Assembly (NCBI GenBank): GCA_965222115.1
Contig: CBDCTJ010000007.1
Coordinates: 1,548,082-1,612,081 of the forward strand
Direction of reading: 5' to 3'
DNA: 64,000 bases
DNA from: Planctomycetota bacterium
GTDB lineage: Bacteria > Planctomycetota > PLA2 > JAEUHO01
Part shown: positions 28,226 through 38,444 of the stretch, in pieces
Layout: every line of letters begins with the position of its first letter
How positions within the stretch are numbered: position 1 is the stretch's first letter
Made by a program: the position numbers and the translations under genes
The notes under the pieces: generated by a model
Seen by the model: the letters and a program-made list of their open reading frames with translations, nothing else
Told to the model about the DNA's origin: nothing
Database searches by the model: none

Positions 28226-31200
28226 TTACTTGGCCATAGGCAGTTTGAGCACCAGCATCTTGTCGTCCTCGGCGCTTGCCGCGAGGCGCGAACCGGGTAG
28301 CAGGCTGGGCGCAAATGCGGGCGATCCCTTGAGATCGGCTTCGATCGATACAGCGCCTTCGTGGGCGTTGTAGACCCACAGTCGTCCATCTGCGCGATGC
28401 GCAATGAAGTGGCCGCTCGTTCCCAGCAAGCCGCCTTGCGATACGCCGCCAAGTTCTTCGACGGACCGCGGCGTTCCATCGCGCATATTGAACATGAATA
28501 CGCGCCCGCGTCGGTCACTCACCGCGGCAACATGGCCGGCTTCGGCAGGCGCACCCACGAGGTCTCCGATGCCCTGCTTCATCCAACGAACACGACCGTC
28601 TTCCGCAAGCGCAATCAAGGAGCCGTTGTGAGTGACAGCGAGTACGCCGCTCGGTCCCGAAACCACGTCGCGAATCGAGGAGCGATTGCCCTTGAGGTCA
28701 ATCACCGACTTGGTGCCCGTGCGCGCCAGAACGCGAACGATCTTGCCACTTCCGGTTCCTACCCATAGGGCACCGTGACCGTAGGCCGCTCCTGTGCTGG
28801 GCTGTACACCGAGTTCAATCTGCTTGTCGATCGCGCGCGACCCAATGATGAATAGCGTGCCTTTAGAACTCACAAGGCCCACGGACGAACCCATGGGGGC
28901 GAGTTTGCCTATGGGACGATCGCAACGAAGTGTGTGAATCTTGGATCCATCACGCTGACTCAGAATATCGACATTGCCACTTACGTAGGCGACGACCAGG
29001 CCATGCGGTGTAGCGATGGGCGACGTGCGCAACCCCTCCACGCCGGAGTGAGACACCGACCACATGATGTTGCCCGTGTCTCCGTTGTGCAGCGACACCC
29101 GTCCCGATCGTTCTGCGGTGGCCACATGATTGCCAAACGGCGAAACGGGAAAGGTCACACGGTTGCCAACGGGCTGTTTCCACGAGGTCTCAGGAATCAG
29201 GCGGAAGTTAAGCGTGGTCACCGGTTTTTCGGCCGCCGTTTCCACGAGCAAGCTCTGAGGTGTAAATCCAGGCGCGCTTACGCGTACGCTGGTGTTTTGG
29301 CCCCAGCCATAACGAATCACCATGGGCGCTTTGCCAACTTCCTGTCCATTGACGGTCACCGTGGCACCGCGCGGACTGGATTCAACGCGGAGTGGTAAGG
29401 TAAACACCTGCTCGAATCGCACGAACATGTACTTGCGAATCAAGTTGACGTAGGCCTGGGCCGCTCCGTCCAGATTGCCCTGCTCTTCCAGGCCGCGAGC
29501 CACGTCAATATTGCGCCGAATCTCGGCAATGCGGCTTCGGCGGCCTTTGACCCAGTTGGGAATGCCACGGCGCTGCAACGCTGTCCATTGTGACGCGAAC
29601 GTCTGGTCTTCCGCGGCACGACTCAGGAGCGATTCAAACTCCTTGTAGACGGCGTCGGCCTCTTCGAGGTCGCCATTGACCATCAGCTCGGGCCCGCGCT
29701 CGCGGCAGCGTCGTTCCGCGGTTGTCAAGTCGTGGCCAATCACAATGCGTCGGCACTCGGCGATATCGGATTCGATGGTCGTCGCCATGTCACGCAACGC
29801 CTTGGAACTCGCGCCCAACTTAGCAGTCGCACTCCGCAGCGCATCGTGATCTGCCAGATCGGCGAGGCGTTGCATGGTTTCGGTGGCGCTTAGGAGATTC
29901 TCCGGATACGCGGGATCGCGAACGCCTTCGGCTTCGTGGATCAAACGCTCAAGTGAACGGGGATCGTTCTTAAGCAGTCTCGGCGCCTCGCGAATTCGTT
30001 GCAGCGTATCCATGCGCTTGGCCGCATCGCGCTCCATGCGAAATGCGTTGTTGCGCGCGGCACCTGCCACGCTGGCAAGGCGCTTGGGCAATACGGTGCG
30101 CAGTTCGGTGAGATCAATCGAGTCGAGAATCGTCGTCATCTTCTTGCTGACGTCGGGCTTGGGCAGTTCGGTGAGCAACGGTGCGAGTTCGCCGGCGGAC
30201 ATCTTGAGACGCTTGGACAACTCGGGGCTGATCTTGTTGCGCTTGGTACGGCCCAGGTCGGGATTCACGATGCGTGCCTGAAGCAACCAGGCCTCTTCGG
30301 CTTCCACCGACTCCGGAAACTCTTCAATAATTTTGGCAATGATCTCGCGCGCTTCACCCGTGCGGCCCGCTTGGGCGGCCGCGCGAGCATTGTCGAGGAG
30401 TTTGGTGGGTGATTTGGGCCAGAAGACGACGCCCGCGGCGGCCACGAGGGCCAGCAACGCGCCCATGATCGCAACGCGGCGGCGGCGCCCCACAGGGGGA
30501 GAAAGCAAAGCACGGAAATGATTGAGCGTTGCCGTTTCACTCGGCGCAACTTCTTGGAGTGAATCCCGGAAAAACAGGGCGAGTTCGCGCTCATCGCGGT
30601 TGGCACACGTCTTGCCAATCAAGCGCGCAACTTGCTTGCCTTGTACCGTTAGCTCTTCGGTGTTGCGCGCGCGCAAGAGTGCATGGGCATAGCGCAATCG
30701 CGCCGCCAAATTGTTGGGATCGCGCGCAACAATGGGCGCCAAAATCTCTACCGCACGCTCGGGTTCGTCCGAGTCCATGGCATGACGCGCAAGGCGAATC
30801 GTGGAGTCGTTGTAAACCTCGTTATTGCCAGCGACTTCAGCCGCGTGTTGCCGCGCGCGAAGAATCGTGAGGCTCTGCGGGTCACGATCGAGCGCCAGAT
30901 TGAGCGTGTCCACCGCGGCGCTGGCTCGACCGGTGTGAATTTGAACCGATCCCAAGGCGAGTAGCGATGCGAGCTCCGCCTTCGTGTTGCCGCTTTGCTT
31001 TGCAATGTTTACCAGCGCTTGAACCGGAACTTCGTTACCTGGTTCCACTTCACCCCATTGAAGCAAGAGACGACGTGCGCCACGGAAGTCACCGCCATTG
31101 GCGCGCACTTCGGCGGCGCGCTGCAACTCTTCGGGTTGTGCCAAGCGCGCTGCGCCGGAATCCACCAAGATGTGTGCGGCGCGCACCGCACGGAAGCGGG

Positions 31201-31846
31201 AGATACCGAGGAAGAGAGCAATCTCGCCAATAAGCGCATGGCCATCCAGGCATGCATGCACGCCGGAGATCGGATCTTCTTCGTCTTCTGGGGCTGGCGG
31301 TTCTTCTCCGGGCGTCACAACAAAGAGCGCGGCATGGCGACCGAGTGACGCATTGATCTGGCGCCGTTCATCCAGTCGTTGTGCAGCGCGCAGCATCAAA
31401 CCCGTGGGGTCAACGAGCACGCGGCCCAGGAGCCCGAGTTTCGACTCATCCAATTCGCGCTCGTCGAAACTAAACTCGCCAGTGTTCCACGTGAGCAGAT
31501 CAATGACGGTGTCGTGGGCAGCACTGCTAATGAGGAGGTTGACGTCTTGCCTCGGCAGTTGACCACTCTCCAGCAACGCGTCGAGCAGGGCTTCGCCGTC
31601 GCCGTGTTCCGTGCGCGCCATCTTGACGACATCGGCCGTCACCACGCCACGCATGGTGAATGCGTGAATCAAATCTTCCGTGTCGAGTGACTCGGGTTCG
31701 AGCACCATGAGCCCTTCGGGACTCACATAGAGGGCCGCACGACTCGCGCCGTCTCGAAGTTGGAGGATGCCCGCCCCCTGACCCGTCAAACCCGTTTGAA
31801 GGAGGTCGGCTAGGCCAAGATTGCCAAGATCACCTGTAAGCGCCAT
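28226..31846 (-). CDS. large multidomain protein: N-terminal DUF4388-like domain, TPR repeats, a PEGA domain and a C-terminal PQQ/WD-like beta-propeller
   Basis: N-terminus MALTGDLGNLGLADLLQTG... matches the DUF4388 hallmark. Central TPR-like helical repeats. PEGA-like segment (RVESSPRGATVTVNGQEVGKAPMVIRYGWGQNTSVRVSAPGFTPQSL). C-terminal repeated beta-propeller blades (GRVSLHNGDTGNIMWSV, LWVGTGSGKIVRV, GRLWVYNAHEGAV). One internal TM segment. Confidence 0.65.
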   Translation of the reverse strand: MALTGDLGNLGLADLLQTGLTGQGAGILQLRDGASRAALYVSPEGLMVLEPESLDTEDLIHAFTMRGVVTADVVKMARTEHGDGEALLDALLESGQLPRQDVNLLISSAAHDTVIDLLTWNTGEFSFDERELDESKLGLLGRVLVDPTGLMLRAAQRLDERRQINASLGRHAALFVVTPGEEPPAPEDEEDPISGVHACLDGHALIGEIALFLGISRFRAVRAAHILVDSGAARLAQPEELQRAAEVRANGGDFRGARRLLLQWGEVEPGNEVPVQALVNIAKQSGNTKAELASLLALGSVQIHTGRASAAVDTLNLALDRDPQSLTILRARQHAAEVAGNNEVYNDSTIRLARHAMDSDEPERAVEILAPIVARDPNNLAARLRYAHALLRARNTEELTVQGKQVARLIGKTCANRDERELALFFRDSLQEVAPSETATLNHFRALLSPPVGRRRRVAIMGALLALVAAAGVVFWPKSPTKLLDNARAAAQAGRTGEAREIIAKIIEEFPESVEAEEAWLLQARIVNPDLGRTKRNKISPELSKRLKMSAGELAPLLTELPKPDVSKKMTTILDSIDLTELRTVLPKRLASVAGAARNNAFRMERDAAKRMDTLQRIREAPRLLKNDPRSLERLIHEAEGVRDPAYPENLLSATETMQRLADLADHDALRSATAKLGASSKALRDMATTIESDIAECRRIVIGHDLTTAERRCRERGPELMVNGDLEEADAVYKEFESLLSRAAEDQTFASQWTALQRRGIPNWVKGRRSRIAEIRRNIDVARGLEEQGNLDGAAQAYVNLIRKYMFVRFEQVFTLPLRVESSPRGATVTVNGQEVGKAPMVIRYGWGQNTSVRVSAPGFTPQSLLVETAAEKPVTTLNFRLIPETSWKQPVGNRVTFPVSPFGNHVATAERSGRVSLHNGDTGNIMWSVSHSGVEGLRTSPIATPHGLVVAYVSGNVDILSQRDGSKIHTLRCDRPIGKLAPMGSSVGLVSSKGTLFIIGSRAIDKQIELGVQPSTGAAYGHGALWVGTGSGKIVRVLARTGTKSVIDLKGNRSSIRDVVSGPSGVLAVTHNGSLIALAEDGRVRWMKQGIGDLVGAPAEAGHVAAVSDRRGRVFMFNMRDGTPRSVEELGGVSQGGLLGTSGHFIAHRADGRLWVYNAHEGAVSIEADLKGSPAFAPSLLPGSRLAASAEDDKMLVLKLPMAK

Positions 31847-32128
31847 GTCGTTTCCACCCGCGGAGGGAGCCCGAGCCCGGGCATTGATTTGGCTCTCCTA
31901 TCGACGCGGATGGACGTGCATCTGTAGTGTTCGTGTGTGGCGGTGTGCAGAAAAATCGTCAAATAACGCCTGCGCGTACCCCAGTACTTCAGCTAGGCGC
32001 GAACGCGTTTCTGGCATCCGCTCTAACGACCTAGAACGTAAAGGGTTAGGTCGGGCCGCAGGAGATGTCACGGGCGCTGTTTGTCGTCGTGTGAGTCCCT
32101 ACATGTTCATTCGGATGAACGGTCGCCG

Positions 32129-33052
32129 CTACGTTTGCTGAGACGTAGAGGTCGCCTGAGACGTAAAGCTCGACCCCGTGAGTCGTTCGTAGATCTCGCG
32201 ATAGGTGTTTGATGTTTGTTGCACGACTTCATCGGGAAGCGTGGGGGCCGGTGGATTGCGATCCCATCCATGGTCGTCGAGCCAATTGCGCACGAGTTGT
32301 TTGTCGAAGGACTTCTGAGACTTGCCGGGCGCGTAGAGCGAGGCGTCCCAAAAGCGACTCGAATCAGGCGTTAACACTTCATCACCCAACGTGAGCGTTC
32401 CCTTGTCGTCGGCGCCAAACTCAAACTTGGTGTCGGCAATGATGACGCCGCGTTCCGCCGCGATGGATCGCGCACGTTCGTACACCGCCTTGGAGACGGT
32501 ACGCAGCGCTTCGGCCAGTTCCTTCCCTACGATGGAGATCATGGTGTCAAAGTCGATGTTTTCGTCGTGGCCCTCTTCGGCTTTGGTGGCTGGCGTGAAG
32601 AGAGGCGGAGCGAGTTTGCAACTCTGCTCCAATCCGGCAGGCAGTGCGTGCCCACAAACCGCTCCGGTGCGCGTGTAGTCTTTCCATCCGCTACCGACCA
32701 AGTATCCACGAACCACACACTCAACCGGTGCCATCTTGAGACGCTTGACCAACATGCTGCGGCCGGCCAAGACGGAACGATGCGCGCGAACCTCGGGCGG
32801 CATGGCGTCGACATCGGCCGTAATCAGATGATTGGGCGTGAGATCGCTCAGTTGATCAAACCAAAATAGTGAAAGCCGCGTGAGGATTTCGCCCTTGAAG
32901 GGAATCGCCGGCGACAAGACGACGTCATAGGCGCTGAGCCGGTCGGTGGCCACCAAGAGCAGGTCTTCGCCAACCTCATAGATGTCGCGCACCTTTCCGC
33001 GTTGCACGAGTTTCAATCCATCAAGCGTGGTGCTGGATACGGCGGTGGTCAT
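32129..33052 (-). CDS. purC: phosphoribosylaminoimidazole-succinocarboxamide synthase (PurC, SAICAR synthetase)
   Basis: GKVRDIYEVGEDLLLVATDRLSAYDVVL and downstream SAICAR synthetase motifs. The start was re-assigned to an internal Met. Confidence 0.85.
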   Translation of the reverse strand: MTTAVSSTTLDGLKLVQRGKVRDIYEVGEDLLLVATDRLSAYDVVLSPAIPFKGEILTRLSLFWFDQLSDLTPNHLITADVDAMPPEVRAHRSVLAGRSMLVKRLKMAPVECVVRGYLVGSGWKDYTRTGAVCGHALPAGLEQSCKLAPPLFTPATKAEEGHDENIDFDTMISIVGKELAEALRTVSKAVYERARSIAAERGVIIADTKFEFGADDKGTLTLGDEVLTPDSSRFWDASLYAPGKSQKSFDKQLVRNWLDDHGWDRNPPAPTLPDEVVQQTSNTYREIYERLTGSSFTSQATSTSQQT

Positions 33053-33165
33053 GGTGTCTCCTGCTATGGGCTTGTCGTGATTGCGAATCACGTTTTTGCC
33101 CGGCGAAATGCGCGTCACTCGACGCCAAAATACGGTCCGAATGAGCGCTTCCTATACTCGCGCGC

Positions 33166-34434
33166 GTGCAATGGCATGTACCTAGAATTCGCGGACCCGT
33201 CGATGTGCGTGTGGCGGTTCCGCCCTCCAAGTCTCAGCATCAGCGCTACCTCATTTTGCAGGCGCTAGCCGACACGCCGGTGCCCATTCACTCCTCAGGC
33301 GATGCCGAACCTTCCCAGGACGTCGTGGCGCTATGGCGTGCGATGCAGTGCCTGGGCACGTGGGCGGACGGTGCGCTTGGGGCGAGTCGCGAGTCCCGCA
33401 CACTAAACTTGGGCTATTGCGGCGCGGGGTTTCGATTCTCGATGGTCGCCGCGGCACTCCGGCCGGCGGGTAGCCGAACGCTCGTCACGGGTAGACCCGC
33501 ACTGCTTGCGCGTCCTCATCGCCCACTTCTAAGATCGCTCATCCGACTGGGTGTCGCTGGCAAACGACGCGGAAGCGGGGCCATGCGCGTGCTTTCGCGA
33601 GTCGTTCCGCCAGACTCCCGCGTGTGGGCGGACGCAACGACCAGTAGTCAGTTCGTGTCGGCACTTGCCCTGGCTGCGCCGCGCTGGGGTGGACTTCGCA
33701 TCGACATGGTGAAGGATCCCGTATCGCTGCCCTATATCGAAACGACGCGCGATGCGCTTCGTAGCGCCGGCATTGGGTCGGCGTGGGTACTTGAGACCGA
33801 TCGTCGTTCGCTCTTGATTGATGGTGGCGCGCCCGCGGCAACGAGCTTTGTCGTCGAGCCCGATGCATCGAGTGCTGCGGTATGGTGGGCGCTCGCCGCA
33901 ATGCGTGGCGGACGCACGCAGGTGCAAGGACTTACGTCCACCAGCCTTCAGGCGGATATGAATCTGCTGGACGTACTCGATCTTCGCAGCGCCGTGGAGC
34001 CCAACGCAAACGACGGGTTCGTGCTCAATGTGTCTACGCCGCTCCGCGATCGAACACTTCCGAAGACGTTTGATCTGCAAGCAAGTTCGGACCTAGTGCC
34101 CATCGTCGCTGCCGCCGCCACGCAACTGCCCGGTCACACGCGCATCGTTGGCGCGTCCCACGTGCAGTGGAAGGAGAGCCGTCGGCTCCACACCATGGCG
34201 GAGGGGATCTGCGCGCTCGGCGGTGAGGCGGATGTAACGAATGGCGTACTCACGGTCGGCGATGCTCCACTCTCCGGCGGCGTTGTCGATTGCCATGGGG
34301 ATCATCGTTTGGTCATGGCGTTTGCGCTCCTGGGTGCGGGGCGCGGGGATGTCGTCGTGCGTGGAGCCCAGGCAGTTGCGAAGTCCTACCCCGAATTTCC
34401 GAATCACTTCCTGCACATCGCGCAGGCGTCGTAG
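33166..34434 (+). CDS. aroA: 3-phosphoshikimate 1-carboxyvinyltransferase (EPSP synthase, AroA), divergent
   Basis: N-terminal PPSKSQHQRYLILQAL (cf. GSKSxSxRALLLAAL). C-terminal GDHRLVMAFALLG...AVAKSYPEF (cf. DHRMAMxFSL...CTAKTFPDYF), which distinguishes it from MurA. Confidence 0.7.
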   Translation: MQWHVPRIRGPVDVRVAVPPSKSQHQRYLILQALADTPVPIHSSGDAEPSQDVVALWRAMQCLGTWADGALGASRESRTLNLGYCGAGFRFSMVAAALRPAGSRTLVTGRPALLARPHRPLLRSLIRLGVAGKRRGSGAMRVLSRVVPPDSRVWADATTSSQFVSALALAAPRWGGLRIDMVKDPVSLPYIETTRDALRSAGIGSAWVLETDRRSLLIDGGAPAATSFVVEPDASSAAVWWALAAMRGGRTQVQGLTSTSLQADMNLLDVLDLRSAVEPNANDGFVLNVSTPLRDRTLPKTFDLQASSDLVPIVAAAATQLPGHTRIVGASHVQWKESRRLHTMAEGICALGGEADVTNGVLTVGDAPLSGGVVDCHGDHRLVMAFALLGAGRGDVVVRGAQAVAKSYPEFPNHFLHIAQAS

Positions 34435-34491
34435 CCGTCAAATGGGGCAGGGAACCTGCGGTTTTGCCCGTCCACAAAGTACGATTTCCTG

Positions 34492-36306
34492 ATGCGACGC
34501 TACCGCAGCCTTGGGGCCCTTGCGCTTCCGACCGTACTCGTCTTGCTTTGCATGCCGCCCGCGCATGCCAAAGAGGGGAACCGTCCGTACTTGATGGGCC
34601 TTCCTTGGGAGAGCGCCGTTGTTCGTGGCATCGATCGTCAAGACCGAGATCGACGCCGCTTGCAGGGTGCCGGCTTCGACTCGATGGTGCGTAAGTACGC
34701 CACCGCTGCGCGCCGGGATCCCAGCCTGGCCAACCTCTACTTGCTGGGCCGAGGCAACGCCCTTCGCTATGTCTGGCGCAGGAATCGAATCAAGAACGAG
34801 AAGAACGTCTTGGAGCGCACGAATCACGAACGGCGGGCACCTCGCGATTACTCCGATGCCGTTGCCGCCTATCGCGATGTTATGAAGAAGGAGCCGCGCT
34901 GCTACTTCGCCTATCACGATCTCGGCATGCTTGAACTTGCGCGCGCCAAACCCAATCGTCGGCGCGCGTTTGACTACCTTGTGCAGGCGCTGCACATCAA
35001 CGATCGTTATATAGACGCTCGCCGCAAGCTGATTTTGATGTATTTGGAAGGCAAGCAGTTTCCCGAAGCGATTCCACTGCTCGTGCGGTTGATTCAACAA
35101 GAGCCCGCAGATCGTATCGCGCGCGTTCAATTGATCAATGCGTATGCGAAAGTCGGTCGCTATGACGTGGCGCGATCACATTTGTCACCCTTGCTACAAA
35201 CCGAACCCAACAATCCGGTGTTTCGCGACCTGTCCGCGCAACTCGATTCCAAGGTGGGACGCGCCGACCAGGCAATCGCAACGTACCGCGGTCTTGCAAA
35301 AGAGAATCCCACGTCCCCGGCGCCCTTCCTTGGCATCCTTCGCATCATTGAAAGCAAGCGTACCGCTAAGCAGCAATTCAAATTGGAAGACTACCATTTT
35401 GCATTGAGCGGCATCATGCGTATTGAGCGAGATCCTGCGCGACGCGCGGCCCTGCAAAGGGATCTCGAAAAGCTCGAACGCGCCATGGCAGCGCCCAAGA
35501 CGCCGCGCGATCCCAATAAACCGCCATCGGAGTCAGAGATCATCGCTGTGTTGGATCGTGGGACATTGGAACAGCGTCGTCAGGCGCTGCTCTACGTGTT
35601 GACGCGTGAGGAGAATCCGTCTCCCGCCATCATGAAAGCCGTCATGCGCCGTATTGCCGCGCGAACAGAGAGCGATCCGGCGAGCCGCGTGATTGCGGTG
35701 CGCACGCTGGGGCGCCGCGGCGGTTCAGCGCTAATTCCCCTCATTCGATTGGCTCTGCGGGATGCAAATGAACACGTGCGCAGTCAAGCCGCCGACACCT
35801 TGACCCGGATCGCCGAGCGCGACGGTCGCGTCAGTCGGTCCGTCATGATCATTCTGGGCCGTCATGCGTTGGCGCCCGAGATTGAGTTTCCCGCTGCGGT
35901 CCGCCTGCACATTCTGCGGTTGGCGGAAGCCCACTTGGATGTGGATTCGAAGAGTTCGGACCGTGAGCACCGCGAGGCCTTCCGCACGTGGTGGCGCACG
36001 CCCCGAGTCGAGGACTTGATCATTCAGGGTCTGGATGGCTATGACCGTCTGGGTGATCGCTTTGCCGAGCAGATACTTGGACCGTTCGTCCGCTCGCCTT
36101 CCTTCTTGGTGTTCAAGACGGCCTGGCGCGCGCTTGAGGCCCATCGCACGGTCATGATGGCAGATGGTGGCGCGAAGGCCGGAGGTGCGACACGTTTGGC
36201 GTGGTTTCGCGCGATGCCTCGTTACGTTGAGTCGTCGTGCGTCCCCGCCAATCACAACACCGGGCGTACGGCGTTGGAGGCATGGCTTGCGCGTGCCCCT
36301 CGTTGA
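34492..36306 (+). CDS. secreted TPR- and HEAT-repeat protein
   Basis: Signal peptide (ALALPTVLVLLCMPPAHA). TPR-like repeats in the N-terminal half. HEAT/PBS-lyase-like repeats in the C-terminal half (DPASRVIAVRTLGRRG, DANEHVRSQAADTLTRI). Confidence 0.55.
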   Translation: MRRYRSLGALALPTVLVLLCMPPAHAKEGNRPYLMGLPWESAVVRGIDRQDRDRRRLQGAGFDSMVRKYATAARRDPSLANLYLLGRGNALRYVWRRNRIKNEKNVLERTNHERRAPRDYSDAVAAYRDVMKKEPRCYFAYHDLGMLELARAKPNRRRAFDYLVQALHINDRYIDARRKLILMYLEGKQFPEAIPLLVRLIQQEPADRIARVQLINAYAKVGRYDVARSHLSPLLQTEPNNPVFRDLSAQLDSKVGRADQAIATYRGLAKENPTSPAPFLGILRIIESKRTAKQQFKLEDYHFALSGIMRIERDPARRAALQRDLEKLERAMAAPKTPRDPNKPPSESEIIAVLDRGTLEQRRQALLYVLTREENPSPAIMKAVMRRIAARTESDPASRVIAVRTLGRRGGSALIPLIRLALRDANEHVRSQAADTLTRIAERDGRVSRSVMIILGRHALAPEIEFPAAVRLHILRLAEAHLDVDSKSSDREHREAFRTWWRTPRVEDLIIQGLDGYDRLGDRFAEQILGPFVRSPSFLVFKTAWRALEAHRTVMMADGGAKAGGATRLAWFRAMPRYVESSCVPANHNTGRTALEAWLARAPR

Positions 36307-36342
36307 GGCAGGTGTCGTTGCCTCGTTGGAGAGAGAGTTCCT

Positions 36343-38358
36343 ATGCGATCGCGAAAGCCCCGCACTCGAATCTCAACCGTCATCCTCATCGGGTTTGTTG
36401 CTTGCATGCTGTTCACGGCGCGCGGCGGACCCACGTGCTTTGCCGATGACGCCTTGGACGCGCGCGTAGAACGAGCGCGCGCCTCCCAAGATGCAGAACT
36501 TCGGCAGGCGCGCAAACGCGATCCGAAGCGCGGCGTCTACTCTTATGCCCAAGAAGTGGTCAAACGAGCCATTGAGCGACCCAACGATGCCCTGTTGCTC
36601 TACATGGCGGGCCGCGCGGCGTTTTACGCCGGACAAAAGGACCACGCCGCCACGTATATGCGTCGCGCACACAGCATTCGCCCGGATCTTTGGCACGCCG
36701 CGTTGTCCATGGCGCAGTTGAGCTACGCAAGCAAGTCTTGGGACGTGCTCGACCAGTGGCTCGCGGAAGTCTACAAACACAACCCGGAGAGCATTCGCGC
36801 ACGAGACATCGAAGTGCAGGGCCTCATTGCGCGTGGGCGACATGCGGACGCGATTCCAATCCTAAAGAAGCTCGTGGCGGCCCATCCCACCGAGTTGCGC
36901 CTACGCGCGCTTCTTGCGGAGAGCCATTTCAAGGAGAAGGACGCGAAGAACGCCATCTATCACCTGGAAAAGCTGCGAGGCTCGGCGTTGTGGAACGCGG
37001 ACGCGCGCGTGCGCTACCTCCTGGCCCGCTGTTATGCCGCCTCGTCCCGTTGGGACCAAGCGCTTTTGGTTATGGAAGAGTTGCGTCGCGAAGGCGCGTT
37101 TGAGAAACAGCGCGAGTTGCACCAGCAGTACGTATTTATGCTCTGGCAAGCGAAGCGAACCGAAGACTTTCTTCGGGAGGCTGCGGCCTACGTGCGGGTC
37201 GTGCCCAAAGACGCTGGGATGTGGGCCCACTTGGAAGCCATCTATGCGACACGAAAGGAACATACCAAACGCGTGCATGCGCTCCGACAGCTCTTGACCC
37301 TTGCGAAGGACGACAAGGCGAGGAAACAGATCGCGCAACTGATCAAGAACTTTGAGCGCGCATTTGCCGACGGATTGAAGGACGGCGACCCACTGCCGGA
37401 TAGTTCGGCGTCGGCCAAGACGCCAAGCACAGGCGTGATGAAGAATTCGCTCATGGAGCTTATGAGTCGCTGCATTCACAAAGACGTGAAGGTGCGGCGT
37501 GCCGCGTTGCGCGAGTACTACGAGTATGACATTGGTGGTGTGTACCCGATCGTCTACACGCGCTTTGATCACTCGATCGAACCCGATCCCGAGTGCCGCA
37601 TATGGGCGTTGAAGATTCTGGGGCGGTTCGGCGTGTCGAGCGTCTCCGACGCAAGCCTCGTACAGGACACTGCGTGGCGCCTGGCTACAGCGCTTACCGA
37701 TCCCGATAGCGGCGTGCGAAGGATCGCCGCCGAAGAGATTGGCAATCTTGGCGTGAAGTCCGCCAGTCTCTATGTTCTTCCCTACTTCTTTATTCTTCCT
37801 GTGACGAACGTGCCCAGTGTTGAGGAGCACAAAAAGTCATTGGAGGCCGAGTACAACGCCGCTCGACTGACGCTTCGAGAACTGATGGGGTTCCGCGATA
37901 CGAGTGTTGGCGAAGAGAAATGGATCAAGTTGGCCGATGCCGCGGCCAATCGCTCCACGTGGGAAACATGGCTTTCGAGTCCCGCCGGTTCTGAGGCCAA
38001 GCTTGAGGCGATTCAAGACATCAAAGACCTCAAGGCACGCTCGTCGCATGTGCGTCATGCCCACTGGTTGGCGCGCTACCTTAACTCCTACATTGTTGCC
38101 CCAGGGAGTCCTCCAGCCGTCGCCCGCGCGGCATACAAAATCGTGCGAGATGCGCGCGTTGCGATTCGCACTTCTAAGGAAAAGGACACGTTCTTCTCCG
38201 GATTTCCCGTCGTACGCGATGCTGAACTCACCGACGACGCCATGGCCAATCTTGGCAAACAAATTCAACAGTGGCGCCTTGCCGCGAATCGGCGTTTGCA
38301 GAAGAAGGCGCCGCGGGCGCCCGCCGATCCACCGGCGGGTTTTCCCGGTTCAAAGTAG
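36343..38358 (+). CDS. secreted TPR- and HEAT-repeat protein
   Basis: Signal peptide (ILIGFVACMLFTARGGPTCFA). Multiple TPR-like repeats. HEAT-like units (DPDSGVRRIAAEEIGNLG). 671 aa. Confidence 0.55.
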   Translation: MRSRKPRTRISTVILIGFVACMLFTARGGPTCFADDALDARVERARASQDAELRQARKRDPKRGVYSYAQEVVKRAIERPNDALLLYMAGRAAFYAGQKDHAATYMRRAHSIRPDLWHAALSMAQLSYASKSWDVLDQWLAEVYKHNPESIRARDIEVQGLIARGRHADAIPILKKLVAAHPTELRLRALLAESHFKEKDAKNAIYHLEKLRGSALWNADARVRYLLARCYAASSRWDQALLVMEELRREGAFEKQRELHQQYVFMLWQAKRTEDFLREAAAYVRVVPKDAGMWAHLEAIYATRKEHTKRVHALRQLLTLAKDDKARKQIAQLIKNFERAFADGLKDGDPLPDSSASAKTPSTGVMKNSLMELMSRCIHKDVKVRRAALREYYEYDIGGVYPIVYTRFDHSIEPDPECRIWALKILGRFGVSSVSDASLVQDTAWRLATALTDPDSGVRRIAAEEIGNLGVKSASLYVLPYFFILPVTNVPSVEEHKKSLEAEYNAARLTLRELMGFRDTSVGEEKWIKLADAAANRSTWETWLSSPAGSEAKLEAIQDIKDLKARSSHVRHAHWLARYLNSYIVAPGSPPAVARAAYKIVRDARVAIRTSKEKDTFFSGFPVVRDAELTDDAMANLGKQIQQWRLAANRRLQKKAPRAPADPPAGFPGSK

Positions 38359-38444
38359 AATCAATCGCTGCACCTCGGCGCGCTCCTGAAGCGTCGATCT
38401 GCCAGAGAGACACTCAGTCATTTTATTTTCATGATGGAGATTCC

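Noticed and set aside
32129-32160. Tandem TGAGACGTA x2 near the purC 3' end, considered as a regulatory repeat
   Set aside because: It falls inside the coding C-terminus of purC, which has a repetitive TSQATSTSQ tail, and simply reflects that peptide repeat.
36901-37830. 309-aa - strand ORF
   Set aside because: Antisense to the TPR/HEAT protein gene at 36343-38358. No motif support.
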